A stretch of 64,000 bases of DNA from Antedon mediterranea (Eukaryota; Animalia; Echinodermata): the NCBI RefSeq assembly GCF_964355755.1, contig NC_092673.1, positions 5,704,001 through 5,768,000 on the forward strand, written 5' to 3'. Below are positions 1 through 12,900 of the stretch, piece after piece (position 1 is the stretch's first letter; the number at the start of each line of letters is the position of its first letter). Under the pieces are notes generated by a model. That model was not told the origin of the DNA and made no database searches. It saw only the letters and a program-made list of their open reading frames with translations. A program made the position numbers and the translations under genes.

Positions 1-110
1 GCGTGAAATTGTCAAACAAGTATTTACTGTGCTTTCATCATTTTTAAACAGAGAGCTACCTTTTAAACATTGAATCAGCAGTTTTAACTGGTTGTTGTAA
101 TAAATGTTAC

Positions 111-3100
111 CTTATTAAAATAATGTCTCTCATCTTTACTGAAACCCTCTGTCTCTCCGTCACTGCTTGACGCCATAAATGCTTGAGCACATATCCTCAT
201 CAGCCGACCCATGTTGTTGTACAGCAAGGCAACGTTGACAACATCGGACACAGCGTTAAAAGCTTTTAACGCCTTCTCAAAACACTGAAAACTCTCTGTC
301 CATAGCTTTTGTTCTTCAGATAGTGGTACTCCGAAATGAGAAAGAGTATTATTAAATCATACTATAGAGTGTGATAGTGTAATGTATGCATATAAGGGCC
401 AACAAAAATAATGATGAAAAACTGTCGATATTATGTTTATTACGGTTCTACTGCCTTAACAGCTATGCCATACCTGTACATTATAATAAATGTTTACCTG
501 TCTGTCGTTTTTCAGTCGCAAGATTCATAAACCAAATACCAAGCTCGTTACGTGCGCTACCCAGCTTTCTCGTTGATGTGATTAGCATTTCGGGATCAAG
601 TCCTTCACTATAGTGATCCAAGATAGATTCATAACATATACAAGCTGTCCTCAAACAGTCTTGTCTTTTAGATTGGAGTTGAACGGCCCATGACAAATCT
701 GTTTGTTTAAAGAACAAAAAGAGACAAAGTCTTAATTTTTAAATTTGATATATTGTTAGGCCGGGCTTCATACTATAACTTCTAAAAAATATACCATACA
801 ATGGATTAAAACAACTATGTACAAACATAACTAAATTCTACTGCGGTGAAATATTAACAATTTGCGAGTTCTTTGTTTCTCTTGCACAAAATTCTCAATA
901 TAATTTACAAAAAAAACAGAATATTTATATATTTAATTATTCAACTTTGTTTTTACTACTTTGGTCTAAAAGCTGTACACCTGATTTGAAGAGGCCCTAT
1001 TAAATGAGCAATGTACCTCCAATTATGAGAAAAGCTCCATATATTTCACAGCATGTGATACGGAATCAACCAATTAAAAGACAGGGATACACTTTGTGTG
1101 TGTTTATTATATTTCACATACCTTCCATATCAGAATCTTCAGTTGTATGTTCCAAAATCTTTGTCTCATTTTCACATATCTTGTTAAATTCTTGTTCATG
1201 TTGCTGAATGTTGTCTACCATAAGTAGGTGCGTATCGCCGCATACTTCTAAGATCTCACTGATCCGTTTGTTGCATTCGTTAATTTTACCAGCATACTTA
1301 TAGTCAACAACACTCTCTATAGATGATAAGGAAACTGTGGTAAAGCCTTAAGCTCTGTCTACACTATCAAACTTTATGTGACAAAAAAATGTGATGTGCC
1401 CTTATATGGATATGATGATGTCATATCACTACCATATTTGGGAATATCACTGCCATACTTCGGTACATCACACTTTTTTTGTCAAACTAGTTTGATAGCG
1501 TAGACAGAGCTTTAGGGATTACAAGGGCTTGGGTTGGTTTGGGCATGAGGTGATCTTATTTAGGGAGGTGAAAAGAAGGTTTAAAAAAGCAACTTTACTA
1601 GTCAACTTTACAAGCAAGCGTTTATGAGATGATACAGTGTTAAGGCTAGAGTGAACCCTTTGTTTGGGTTCAGGATTGAAGGTACACAGTGGGAGGATAA
1701 TCATGCCCCTTTGCAGTCTATCGCCTTGAAATGAATTTATTCTGTTATAAAAACAATAGCAATTTAATGCAAAAGTCTGTGTATTGTTCATTTCACTAGC
1801 TAAACTTACCAAAGCATGACAGGGCAACACGGGCATGGCGTAATGCTACACCATAACTCTTGATCTGTACCTCATGCTTAGCCTGGGTCATGAAACAATC
1901 TAAAGCATCTAAAAGCAGATCTAACTTGTACATTTGTTGCCATGAGTCCACAGGTAAACACATGTTTGATGTTGTTGATCTGACGAAAGAGTCTTTGCGG
2001 ACCCTGGTAGCATCCTTTGCGACGGTTTTGTACTTTAGTGGGATTGGTTGTGAACCGGCATTAAACTTTGATGGTTCACAATTTTCAATACATTTCAAAC
2101 CCTGTAAATGTTCATAAAAAAAGCTAATTAAATTATAAATAATAATCGCCCTTGATCTAATAATTCAATTAGGGGCCTAAAAATTGCAAATTTTAGGTGC
2201 TGAACTGAAATTAGTGTCTGTCTTATCTTTTGCATTACAATTTGAAAAAATTAGGGGTCCAGGCCAGCTGGCCCCCCTCTCCCTTGAATCTGCCTATGCA
2301 ATAGTGCATTCAAAGGGTTTTCCTCCTTTAGATTCTCTACTAATGTAATGCACTGAACTTTAGTACTGAATTAAATATTTCAATTATTTAATGTTCTCAC
2401 CTTAACTATAACATCAACAGCACATTTTGCAAGTTCTTCTGGAGATTTCTGTTCTTTTGATACGTTTTCCTCGTTGTTATTGACCATTTCTCCAGGATTT
2501 ATCAACCTCCTGACGTCAACTTCTGATGTGGGTTTAATAGTGTCACTGACTTCATCATGCCAAATCTTAGACATTATGTCGTCGTTGTCTTCATCCTTTT
2601 CGTTATGGATGTTACTCAGGTATGAGTGGCTGAGTAGGTAGGTAGCTGCTGCCATTATCTAAGAAAGCAGTAAAGCCCTGTCTACACTATCAAACTTTAT
2701 GTGATAAAAAAATGTTATGTGCCCATATATGTACATGATACCATATTTGAGCATATTACTATCATATTTGGGCACATCACATTTTTTGTCACATACAGTT
2801 TGATAGTGTAGACAGAGCTATTTATTCTGGGTAACCTCTTCAGTACGAGACTCGCAGTATAGGACCAAATGATGATCAGCACACCGGGAGATAATCCTCT
2901 TCTCTATTACGAATAGTGCACTGATTTTTTAAATGTGCGCAGGACCAGCAATTTTACTTTTAACTCATTTATATTTTTTTGTGGGAAATGGCCCAGGGGT
3001 TGCATCAGGTGAGCCACTTGACAGCGATTCATTTCAGTTTTTGATTAACCAGTCTTTTTTTTTGTTAACTCTTTTCTTTTGTTTTGTTATATATTTGTTC

Positions 3101-6100
3101 TTTTCTGACAAAATAAATGATGAAATCAGAAACGTAAACATAAAAAAAGAACAGATAACAATATAATATAATTTTTCAAAATATCAAAAATATTGACAAA
3201 CAAAATGAACTAATGTAGACTAGTTCAGTAAAATATATTTGTAAACATCTTTGTTTTTACGTTTTATGTATCCCTTTTTATTTTTCACTCCTTTTTTAAA
3301 ACATTGTAAATATTGTTTGGCTTTGTATTGTGATTTTTATAGTTTTATTTTAAGTTTTTAATGTCTTTTTTGTGAATGGTTTTTAATATACTACTCTAAA
3401 AAACAAGACTATATGTAAAACAGATGCAATATCTATACCTGATACGTTGTTATCCTGTATAAATATGTTTTTAAATAAAATAAAAAAAGAAAGTACCTCA
3501 GTATTGGCCTGTCCTGTTTCTTCTAGTAGCGATATACAGTTTCTTAGTAATTTGCAAATTACAGATCTGTTAAAATAAAAATTATATATATATATATTTA
3601 TCAAATCAAAAGAATAACCAAACCTTACTTGTAAGACAGACCTATCAAGTTAAGTTTGTGCTATTTTCATATTAACTATTATAAGTAGAAGTTAGCATCT
3701 AATTAAAGAAAGAAAATTTATGTGGGGGAAAAGTTTTGTGCAATTTTTATCAAAACTGCTTCAAAAAATGACCAGTTATGTGTTTATCAGGGCCACAGGT
3801 TTCTAAAGCTTTGTCTACACTATCAAACTTTATGTGACAAAAAATGTAATGTGCCCATATATGGACATGATGATGTCATATCACTACTATAGTAAGGCAT
3901 ATCACTACCATATTTGGGCACATCACACCTTTTTTGTCAAACTAGTGTGATAGTGTAGAGAAAGCTTTATAAGAGGGAGATCTAAATTTGTTAGTTTGGC
4001 CTAAATTGATACATACCGTTTATTTGGGTCAGATGCTGACATATTCTTGGCCACCTTGAAAAGGAGCAGGATAACTGGCATCACAAATGGATTCTTTCCA
4101 CGTTGTATAGAATCTTCTGATAGACTACTAAGATCATACAGCTTGATAACATCATCATTGTTGCCTAAACAATTAAATATAAATTAATGCAATACAATGT
4201 ATGGTAGCTTATACAGTGGAGTGGTACATTGTCTACAGGTGTTTTAAGCTTTGTTTACACTATCAAACTAGTTTGACAAAAAAGTGTGATGATATGGTTG
4301 TCATATGCCCAAACATGGTACTGATATGATATCATTGTGTCCATGGTCACATCACATTTTTTTCCCATAAAGTTTGATAGTGTAGATAGAGCTTTACACT
4401 GTATTATTCTTCTTCTTTAAAAAAATGTATTGAATTGTACATACACCATGGAGCTATCTAATTTTATAGCTCCATGCATAAACTACATAATATTTATGAG
4501 TAGCTGGTAAAAGGCAATTAGACGAGTAATATTCTGTTTATAAATATAAATCAAAGAGCTGCATAGTCAAATCAAAGTCAAACAATTTAAAACTGCCTCA
4601 AAATAAATTGATTAACAATACATAGCCCATCATCATGTGAAGGATATTGTAACAAAAGGATAACATATATCAGCCACAAAATTACATAATAAAGCAAATT
4701 AGCCAATCAAAGATGAACAACAATACATACCTTTGAAGAGCCAATAAGTGTGGCCTTCCTGTGTGCAGTTACTCTTGATAAATGACAAAATATTCTGAGC
4801 AACATCTTTCACTACCTGTGTAGATAATTATCGATAGTAAATCTAAAGTTAAAACGATAAAGTAAATGATGTTCACATTGTTTAGAAGGAACCATGGACT
4901 TAAGCTTTGTCTACAATCAAACTTTATGTGACAAAAATATATGGACGTGATGATGTCATATCACTACCAAATTTGGGAATATCACTACCGTATTTGGGCA
5001 CATCACACTTTTTTTGTCATACTAGTTTTATATTGTAGACAGAGCTTTACCTTTGGAGAGAACTGAGCTTGCGATATATGTGGAATCTCTTCAGTTTTGA
5101 TGACTTCATATCGCTGTACAATGCCGTCAAGATGGTAGCACATTGCAAGCTCTGGAACGTTGCACATTAGGTTATCTAGCCAGTAGTCCATTCCAGTGAG
5201 GACATTGATTGGGCTGTTAGCATCCCTAGAAAGGAAACCAGAAAGAGACATAGAGGACTTGTTGATTGGGTTGTTAGCAGCCCTCGAAAGGCATAGCTTA
5301 AAAATGAATGACACAGCATCTGTCCACTGAGCTGTTAGAATCCCTAGAAAGGTATAACCAGAAACATACATACAGAACATTACGATTGGGTCTTTAGAAT
5401 CCTTAGAAAAAAGTACAAGTTTGTGTAAGTATTCATTTTTGTACAATATCAAAAAAAAGATGTGCTTACCAAAAAAACTAAACAAACTTTTTGTGATGCA
5501 ATGTACATTCACAAAACATAGTTTGCATACAATGTAGCGAGGGTACAAAATAGCTCCATACCATTTTACAGATATATCAGGAATTACCAGGGAAGATGCC
5601 CACCCCATGTGTTTGGATGCATGCAGTTGCAAAATTTGTATAAGAAACGCTCTCTCTAGTATAGATGTATAATACCTGTAATTCATAAAAAAATACCTTA
5701 ATCTTAGACTGACAGCAGGAAATGTTCCACCTCCAAATATTGGTAAGTCAGTACCCAGTAACATACTTATGTCTTCAAACTTCCAAAGTACTTGTCTTGC
5801 AAAGTCAAACTCTGATGGCTTTCATAACATAAACATTAATAAAGTTTGACTTACAATCACTTAAGTAAAATTCCATTCTGGTAATTTTGATATCAGATGT
5901 GTGGATATGTGCAGTAAAATTTGTATTATAAAAACTCATATTACCTATTATACCTAGAATGTATATTGTTTTTATTTGGAAAATCATATTGATATCTCTT
6001 TAATTGGGAAAGAAGTAATTACCTCAGGACTGGAGGTCTCTGGGGGTACTTGTTCCAATTGCATAGCCTCTTGGTCCAACTGTCCAATGCTTTTAAAAAT

Positions 6101-8694
6101 TAAGAAAATGTAATGGGCGAAATTAGCATAATTTCTAATTTCAACAAACCAACCACACAACAACTTTTCTAAATAGAAAAAACCCACTAAAAATGCTCCC
6201 TGATACGTAGTCGCAAGCAACCACTTTATTAATCGATTTGTCTGTTGGTTCAAAAGAAATCGCACTACTTACCTATGGTATAAGAACTTGGATAGAAGAT
6301 TCCATTTCTGTGAATTCTCCTTATGCTTTTTACGACGTTTAAAGTTTTTACCATCTTGTAGTAAGATTCCACGAATGAATGTGTAGAACCAATCATCAAG
6401 GTCATTCGACTATTATGAGTTGACAAGACAACAAAATAAATAAATAAATAACACATTTTCTTTTCCATTCAAACAATTCATTGACTCTTGTCAAAGTCAC
6501 ACATTAACTAAAAGTGGCTGACATAGCCCTGTGACTCTATAATAGGGTCATGGGGCTATGTCAGAGGTCGCAACATCAGGAGAATTTACATAATTTTTTT
6601 AATACATTAGCCAAATATAGAGAGTGCTATTTAAAACTAATTTAGGAATCAGCTTTAATGGGCATGTCATGTACTTTTGAAGCAAAACCCTTTTTAAGTT
6701 CTGTCTACACTATCAAACTTTATGTGACAACAAAATGTGATGTGCCCATAAAAGTATGGACATCATGATGTCATATCACTACCAAATTGATGTGTCGAGA
6801 AATTGCACAACGACATAAGATCAGTTGAAATATCCTTGGGAAACTCCCCGCTTATGCGAGGTCTGCTATGTGGGAATGCAAATTTAGGTTTTTCATTTAA
6901 TTGATTGTATTGGTGAAAGCAAAAACAGAAAGTGATGTGTATGGAGTACCTGGGATGTTCCAAAGTGTTGATACAGATCGAGTTCATCTAGAAGCAATGT
7001 CTTGTCAATACGGTGAACAGCCATGCTTATTTGTGACTTACTAAACGGCATCTTCAGAAGTTTTTTTATATTCTGTAAAAATAAACCATTGATAAAATGA
7101 TAAGAATATTATTAAAGTTCAAATTTCTCAATTCTCAAGATAAACAATAATCGTTAAATGTTTAAAAAAAAGTTAAATGTATTATTCTTAGTCCTCAAGC
7201 TTAACTGGAAACTGAGGAAATGGATTAGCCCCTCCACTGACCCACGGCAGTCAGCAGTGCAGCGCCTACCAGATCAGCACACCGGAACACGATTCCCTTC
7301 TCTTTTCAAATAGTTTAATGTGCATTATAAAGTACACCAACAGCTTTACATCTCATCCGAAGGACAAGGCAATGAGAGTATTAGGCTCTTACAGATAGGC
7401 TCGAACCCATGCCTATCACAGTTTAGGTTAGGTGGTGAATACATGCATCGCCACACTTTATATTCATAGTGGTAAATGTTTAACTGTCATCACTTAATAC
7501 TTACCTCTGATGCAGTAATTACATTAACTTCTGTTACGGTTTCAGGATATCTGTCTGCCATTAACAAACTGTACGAGGACAAATAAAAAACAATGTTTTA
7601 TATCAACAATATATTTATATAAGTAGGGTCTATGCAGAGTCAGTTTTTAATACTAAATTAATGCTCTAAAAATGTCTTGTGCATTTAACAGTCTTTGATC
7701 AAATGCATACTAGTTGCTGTTAAGTCCTTTTTCCACTAGTTCCTTTGTTTTTCTATTCAGCGAAATTTTTAGTTTGAACAGTTCCTACTTTTAGCAAACC
7801 AAATAATTTTGCAACCTATCACAGCTCGGGAAATGAGTTGTCACACGTTCATGAGCACTCATGCGAATCGAACGGCTCAGATGTTACACAATGGAAATGA
7901 AAATCGCAGCTATTCATTCTTGTAGTGCAAAGTGCAACAAATGTTTTTTCTCTGCAAAAGAATTGGATTAGAGCAACTAAATTCACCTAGTGGTAAACAG
8001 ACTCAAATTCTGTCCTGCGCACACCATGCCTTTTATGCTTTACAACAAAAATGGATATACAGTATAAATACTCTACCTTGAAAACTTTGCGCTTTGACTG
8101 TTAAGCCAATTCCTAGGCACCTTGAAGTATTTCTTGCCTCTAAGCCAGTTATCTGGAGGTTCACGGAGATTTGTGTGAAGCTCAAGTCGAGAGAACTTTG
8201 CAACGGCCAATCTCTTGGGGTTTGTGTCTTGGACTGGGCCATAAAAAACCTTTTCCTTATAATAAAAAATAGAATATTTAGTATTAATTTATTAAGCATT
8301 TTTATGGCAAAACTATTATGAGAACAATACATTATAAGACATATAACATGGGTTTAGGGATGTAGCCAATCAGATGCGAGTGCGTTGCATACAAAATCAA
8401 ATAAGCAAACAAATCTAAAGTAAAACAGCTAGAAACTATTTGCAGAGCTTTCAGGAAACACTAATAATATTATTATATATTATTATAATACTGTACAGTA
8501 TATATAAATTTGAGAGACATAGAACCGCCCAGTATAATGTAAGTATGTTGCTTTAATTTAAATGAATTGTGAACAACATATGGGCTAGTCTTCACGATGA
8601 ACTAACTACAATGTCCTTATACCTCTTCAATTTGTTGGTCACTCCTCAAAACCAAGTCTGGATTTCTGGTCTCATCTGAGTTTAATTCAGCCAT
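111..8694 (-). CDS. EDRF1: Erythroid differentiation regulatory factor 1 homolog, 16 coding exons in window, 3' end beyond the left edge
   Basis: Exons in transcript order: 8623-8694 (ATG at 8694), 8077-8255, 7505-7568, 6950-7072, 6273-6409, 6023-6089, 5697-5818, 5051-5225, 4731-4815, 4017-4164, 3497-3566, 2401-2658, 1810-2101, 1122-1316, 498-698, 111-328. All are GT-AG and phase-consistent. Recognisable EDRF1 motifs: ENIKKLLKMPFSK..SMAVHRIDKTLLLDELD, MLLGTDLPIFGGG.FPAVSLRLRD, INVLTGMDYWLDNLMCNVPELAMCYH, EGHTYWLFK, NMGRLMRICAQA. Confidence 0.92.
1351..1511. mobile_element. ~160-bp PIF/Harbinger-type (Tourist-like) MITE family A, copy 1
   Basis: TIR AGCTCTGTCTACACTATCAAACT ... AGTTTGATAGCGTAGACAGAGCT with TTA on both sides. 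At least 10 copies in the window. Confidence 0.85.
2674..2819. mobile_element. MITE family A copy
   Basis: Same TIRs and internal ATATCACTACCATATTTGGG-type motif. Confidence 0.8.
3807..3966. mobile_element. MITE family A copy
   Basis: Same TIRs and internal sequence. Confidence 0.82.
4247..4393. mobile_element. MITE family A copy (opposite orientation)
   Basis: Same TIRs, TTA TSD, internal sequence reversed. Confidence 0.8.
4903..5046. mobile_element. MITE family A copy inserted within an EDRF1 splice donor
   Basis: TTA TSD at 4900-4902 and 5047-5049. The donor G is at 5050. Confidence 0.85.
6697..6788. mobile_element. MITE family A, truncated copy
   Basis: Left TIR and half of the internal sequence only. 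Confidence 0.75.
7240..7415 (-). mobile_element. Decayed SINE with a Deu/Nin-like core (related fragment at about 2850-2945)
   Basis: Minus strand reads GGGTTCGAGCC (B-box-like) ... GTCCTTCGGATGAGATGTAAAG ... GAGAAGGG ... CCGGTGTGCTGATC. This resembles the DeuSINE core as recalled; not database-checked. Confidence 0.5.
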
Positions 8695-9909
8695 TTTAAC
8701 AACAATCTGCTCAATATAATAACAACAAATAGTATATGGAGTTAATATGGTTCATTAAATATTTGTGTATTTATTCTTGTTCCTTTTAAATTTAATCTAT
8801 TTTTTATGCAATATTTGTGCAAAGAAATTCTTACACTTTTAGGAAAGTCAAATTGCAGATTGGCTTTCATAGCACTGTGTAATTTAAACATATTATTGAC
8901 TGCCGATCCTGCAATCTGGTCTTCTATTTTATGTACACCATTAACCTTTACAAAACTATGACCTAGAAAACGTTCTGGTCAGCCTCTCAGTACAGTAATG
9001 GTACCCGGATGGGCAACGGTTTTCTTCGAGTTATATCCTTAAATCCGTACATGCATTTCTGTATGCAAAAACAAAAATACCTTACGCTGAAGCTTGAAGA
9101 GACTGGGTTCTAAAAATCCCTGCAAACCATGCATAAATAATGTTATTATCCGTGAGAGAAAGGCTTGAGTATGTTATTCATTCATTTTTTAAATACTGTA
9201 ATGACATTTTATTTGTGAAGAAAACAAAAGTTAGTCTATTATTATTATAATCCTTACCTCTCATGCCCCAACTTATTTACTGAAATAAAGAAGAAATACA
9301 CAGTAAGAAAACAAAAATCAAAACATTAGTAGGCCTAAGCCGGTTAAGCTTAGCCTATGGCTACAAACGGAACACTGAACTTGAAGACTGGATGGCCTGG
9401 GCTTTCTCTCAACTAGCGAGGCATGACTTAAAATGTTTCATATACTTAGATAGTAGGCCTGAGTCTTTAGACCTACTAGGCTTAGGCTAGGCTACTACTA
9501 CTCCTCTATACCTACAACCTAGGGATCATAGTACTCTTAGATCTATAATTTATTGTCACTATTTAGCCTTATTTTTCTCAAATTACCTAAAACAAAATTA
9601 CCTGAAACAACATTCTCTATTTTGTTTTTTTCCCAGGTAATTTGACCTTTTTCTGAATGGGTTATTCTATTATTAATCGGACGATTTCTTTATATTTAAT
9701 ATGATATCAACTAAATTAATACAATATAGGTAGGCCTAGTCACAGTAATCTGCAATATTTTTGAAATTTTAAAATATTAATTTCCTAGTTTTACCTAAAT
9801 TTGGAATATCCTTTTTTCAACAACACATGTTTTAAAAAAAATAAAATTTTAGAATCATGTTCTCCCCTAAACGAAAATTGACCAACCTTAGTGGTGATTT
9901 GTCAAAAAC
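8695..9909. promoter_or_regulatory. Divergent (head-to-head) intergenic region of EDRF1 and PRADC1, likely bidirectional promoter plus 5'UTR sequence
   Basis: The start codons face away from each other about 1.2 kb apart (8694 on -, 9910 on +). TSS positions cannot be determined. Confidence 0.55.
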
Positions 9910-12900
9910 ATGGCCACTTACAACGTTTGTAAAACTTTCTTGAAGATTTTCCTGAAAATCTTATTCTTATGCTTATTTTTTGTACCGTTATCTGGTAATA
10001 TAATATATATTATACTGTATCTATTTTTTTTAAACTATATTCTGTGACACGTCCTATAGTTAGGCCTTATAATACTACCTAGGACCCTAGCTAGGCTAGC
10101 TAGCTAGGCTTACTACTAACGGATTCCCCTACTAACTAGGCCTAACCTACTCTACTCTATAGGCTAGGGCCTAGGCCCCTAGAGGCCTCCCTCCTAGAGG
10201 CGTTCTTTAGTAGTAGTAGTAGTAGTAGAAACAGAGGAATGTCGCAAGTGCAAACGTGAGAAAGGCACGTATAGAACATGAGCAAAAGTTAATGAAGAAC
10301 TTTAAGAAAAATCCTAAGCCAGTGTACAAGTACATTAGGGAACAACAAAAAGTAAAAGAAGGTGTAACTAATCTTGTAAAAGAAGATGGAAGTTTGACCG
10401 AAAATGACCAGGAAGAAGTTGAAATGTTGAGCAAATTTTTTCAATCTGTATATACCCATGAACCAGACCCTCCCCAGTTTGATAGCAGGAACAGCGACAA
10501 CATTCTTGAAATATTGTATTTTCGGTAGAAGATGTTCAGAAAAAATTTAATCAACAGCAACCAAACAAAGCTCCTGGTCCAGATGGTGTCCACCCTATGG
10601 TTCTGAACCAATGTGCCAGTTCTCTAGCTCATCCACTTACTATCATTTTCAAGCTCTCCCTTGAGACAGGTAAATTACCAAAAGATTGGAAGACTGCAAA
10701 TGTCACACCAATTTTCAAGAAAGGATCCAAGAAGAAAGCTGAAAATTATCGGCCCATCAGCCTAACATCAATACCATGTAAAGTTTTTGAATCAATCATC
10801 AAAGACAATCGCCCGTATTCTTAAACCGGACTTTAGTCGTAGTTCGAGCTAAAACTAAAAAAATGACGTCATTTTAATTCATAAACCGAACTTCAACTAA
10901 ATCACCGACTAAATCAGGCCAACCTCGACTAAATCGAGACGGATTTTGATCGATTTTTTTAGTCCTGGAGAGGGCAGACTAAATGGTCGACTAAATGGTT
11001 TTTAAACGATGTTTATAAAAAACGTAACAGTCATTGAGTTGTTATATTGGCCAGATATTGAAGAATGAAATATCTATATTTATATTAGCTTAATTAAATA
11101 TACAGTGGTATAAATTATAATAATGAAAATCATCTTTATTTACAACTGTATACAAATTACATTATTTTCTTCGCGCAAGTCCGACTTGAGCTACGTCACG
11201 CCATAGCGACAATGGGAGATGCGGCAATTCACCACGCGATGGAATGTTTAGGGGGCCTAGCGCTTTCTTGTCACGCTATGAAGTGCGTGGTTCGTGGCGA
11301 TCATACTTTGTTGGGGGCCTAGAAAATATAAAAGTTACCGTACCGCCATGGTTCCTAAATATATTTTAAAGATTTTATTTGTTGTTAATCAAATATACTT
11401 CACTGTTAAATTATTACTGATATTGTTCTAATAATTAACGATTAAAATTATTTTTCATGTATATAGTCCTGATGCGTAAAAAGTGTTGTAAGAAATGGAA
11501 AGTGATATCAATGCGCAAAATTTCGTCTGCTCCTCAAATACTCTCTTGTCATTGGCCAATGTATAGCCTTTGTTACCCAGACGTGTGCAACTCGACTAAA
11601 AGCTCGACTTCATTAAGTCGAACTGCAAACTTCGACTACTTCGTTTTTGAATCGAATTTGAAGTAATAGTTCGAACTACGACTTTTCCAAGTCGAACTTC
11701 GAACTACGACTAAAGTCCGGTTTAAGAATACGGGCGTATGTGCTTGGCTTTGTTAAAGGAAGTAGAATGCTGTCTAGGTGTCAACATGGATTCCTAAGTG
11801 GTAGGTCTTGTCTAACAAATTTGCTACAAACATTCGAAACAGTCACTGAAGCTCTAGATAGTGGTGAAGATGTGGATATCGTATACCTTGATTATATGAA
11901 GGCGTTCGATAGCGTTCCACATCGAAGACTAATTCACAAGCTGATAGGCTATGGAATATCTGGTAAGACTATAAATTGGATAGCTGAGTTTCTGGCAGGA
12001 AGAACACAGAAAGTAATTGTAAGAAATACAACATCCAAACCGGTAGATGTAGTGAGTGGAGTCCCACAAGGATCAGTCCTTGGCCCAATCCTATTCATCC
12101 TCCTCAACGATCTTCCAGATAAAATTATCAGCGCAGACTTTAACATGTTTGCAGATGATGCAAAGATTATAAAGACCATCAAAGAAAAATCGGATTCAAG
12201 AAAACTTCAAATTGATCTTGATAGGGCTCAGGAATGGTCAGAAGACTGGCTGCTAAAATTCAATACCAAGAAATGCGAAGTGCTCCATGTTGGCAGAAAG
12301 ACAGAGAAATCAAAATATTGTCTAAATGGAGAAACGTTATTGGCAGTAAACGAAGAAAAAGACCTTGGTGTTATCTTCACTAGCGACTGCAAGCCAAGCC
12401 GACAGTGTGCTGCAGCAGCAGCTAGAGCGACGAATAGTATGAGAACTGTCAAAAGAACATTCAAAAATATTGACAAAGAAAGTTTTCAGGTCATGTACAA
12501 GGCATACATCCGTCCACATATGGAATACTGTATACAGTCCTGGTCTCCTTTCTATAACAAAGACAAAGAAATCTTGGAGAAGGTGCAGAGAAGAGCTACA
12601 AAGATGGTCAAGTCAATAAGTGATCTACCATATGAAAAAAAGTTAGAATATCTTGATCTTCAAGAGACAAGAAGACTACGAGGAGGTTTGATTGAAGCTT
12701 TCAAAATTTTGAAAGGCTTTGAGGATATTGACCCAAAAGATTTATTTAAATTATCTCACAACATCAGAACCAGGGGACACAGCTTAAAACTATATCGTCC
12801 AAAACTTAGAGGAAATCTTATGTGCAGGTAACTTTTTTACCATCAGAGTCATACATCACTGGAATTCTCTGCCTGAATATGTAATACAAGCCTCTTCAGT

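Noticed and set aside
5003-5764. 253-aa ORF as a standalone gene
   Set aside because: It consists of two EDRF1 exons joined through an open intron, ending inside a MITE.
11740-12831. Domesticated RT or retron-like gene
   Set aside because: Ordinary CR1 ORF2 fragment with frameshifts, a MITE insertion and a tandem-repeat tail.
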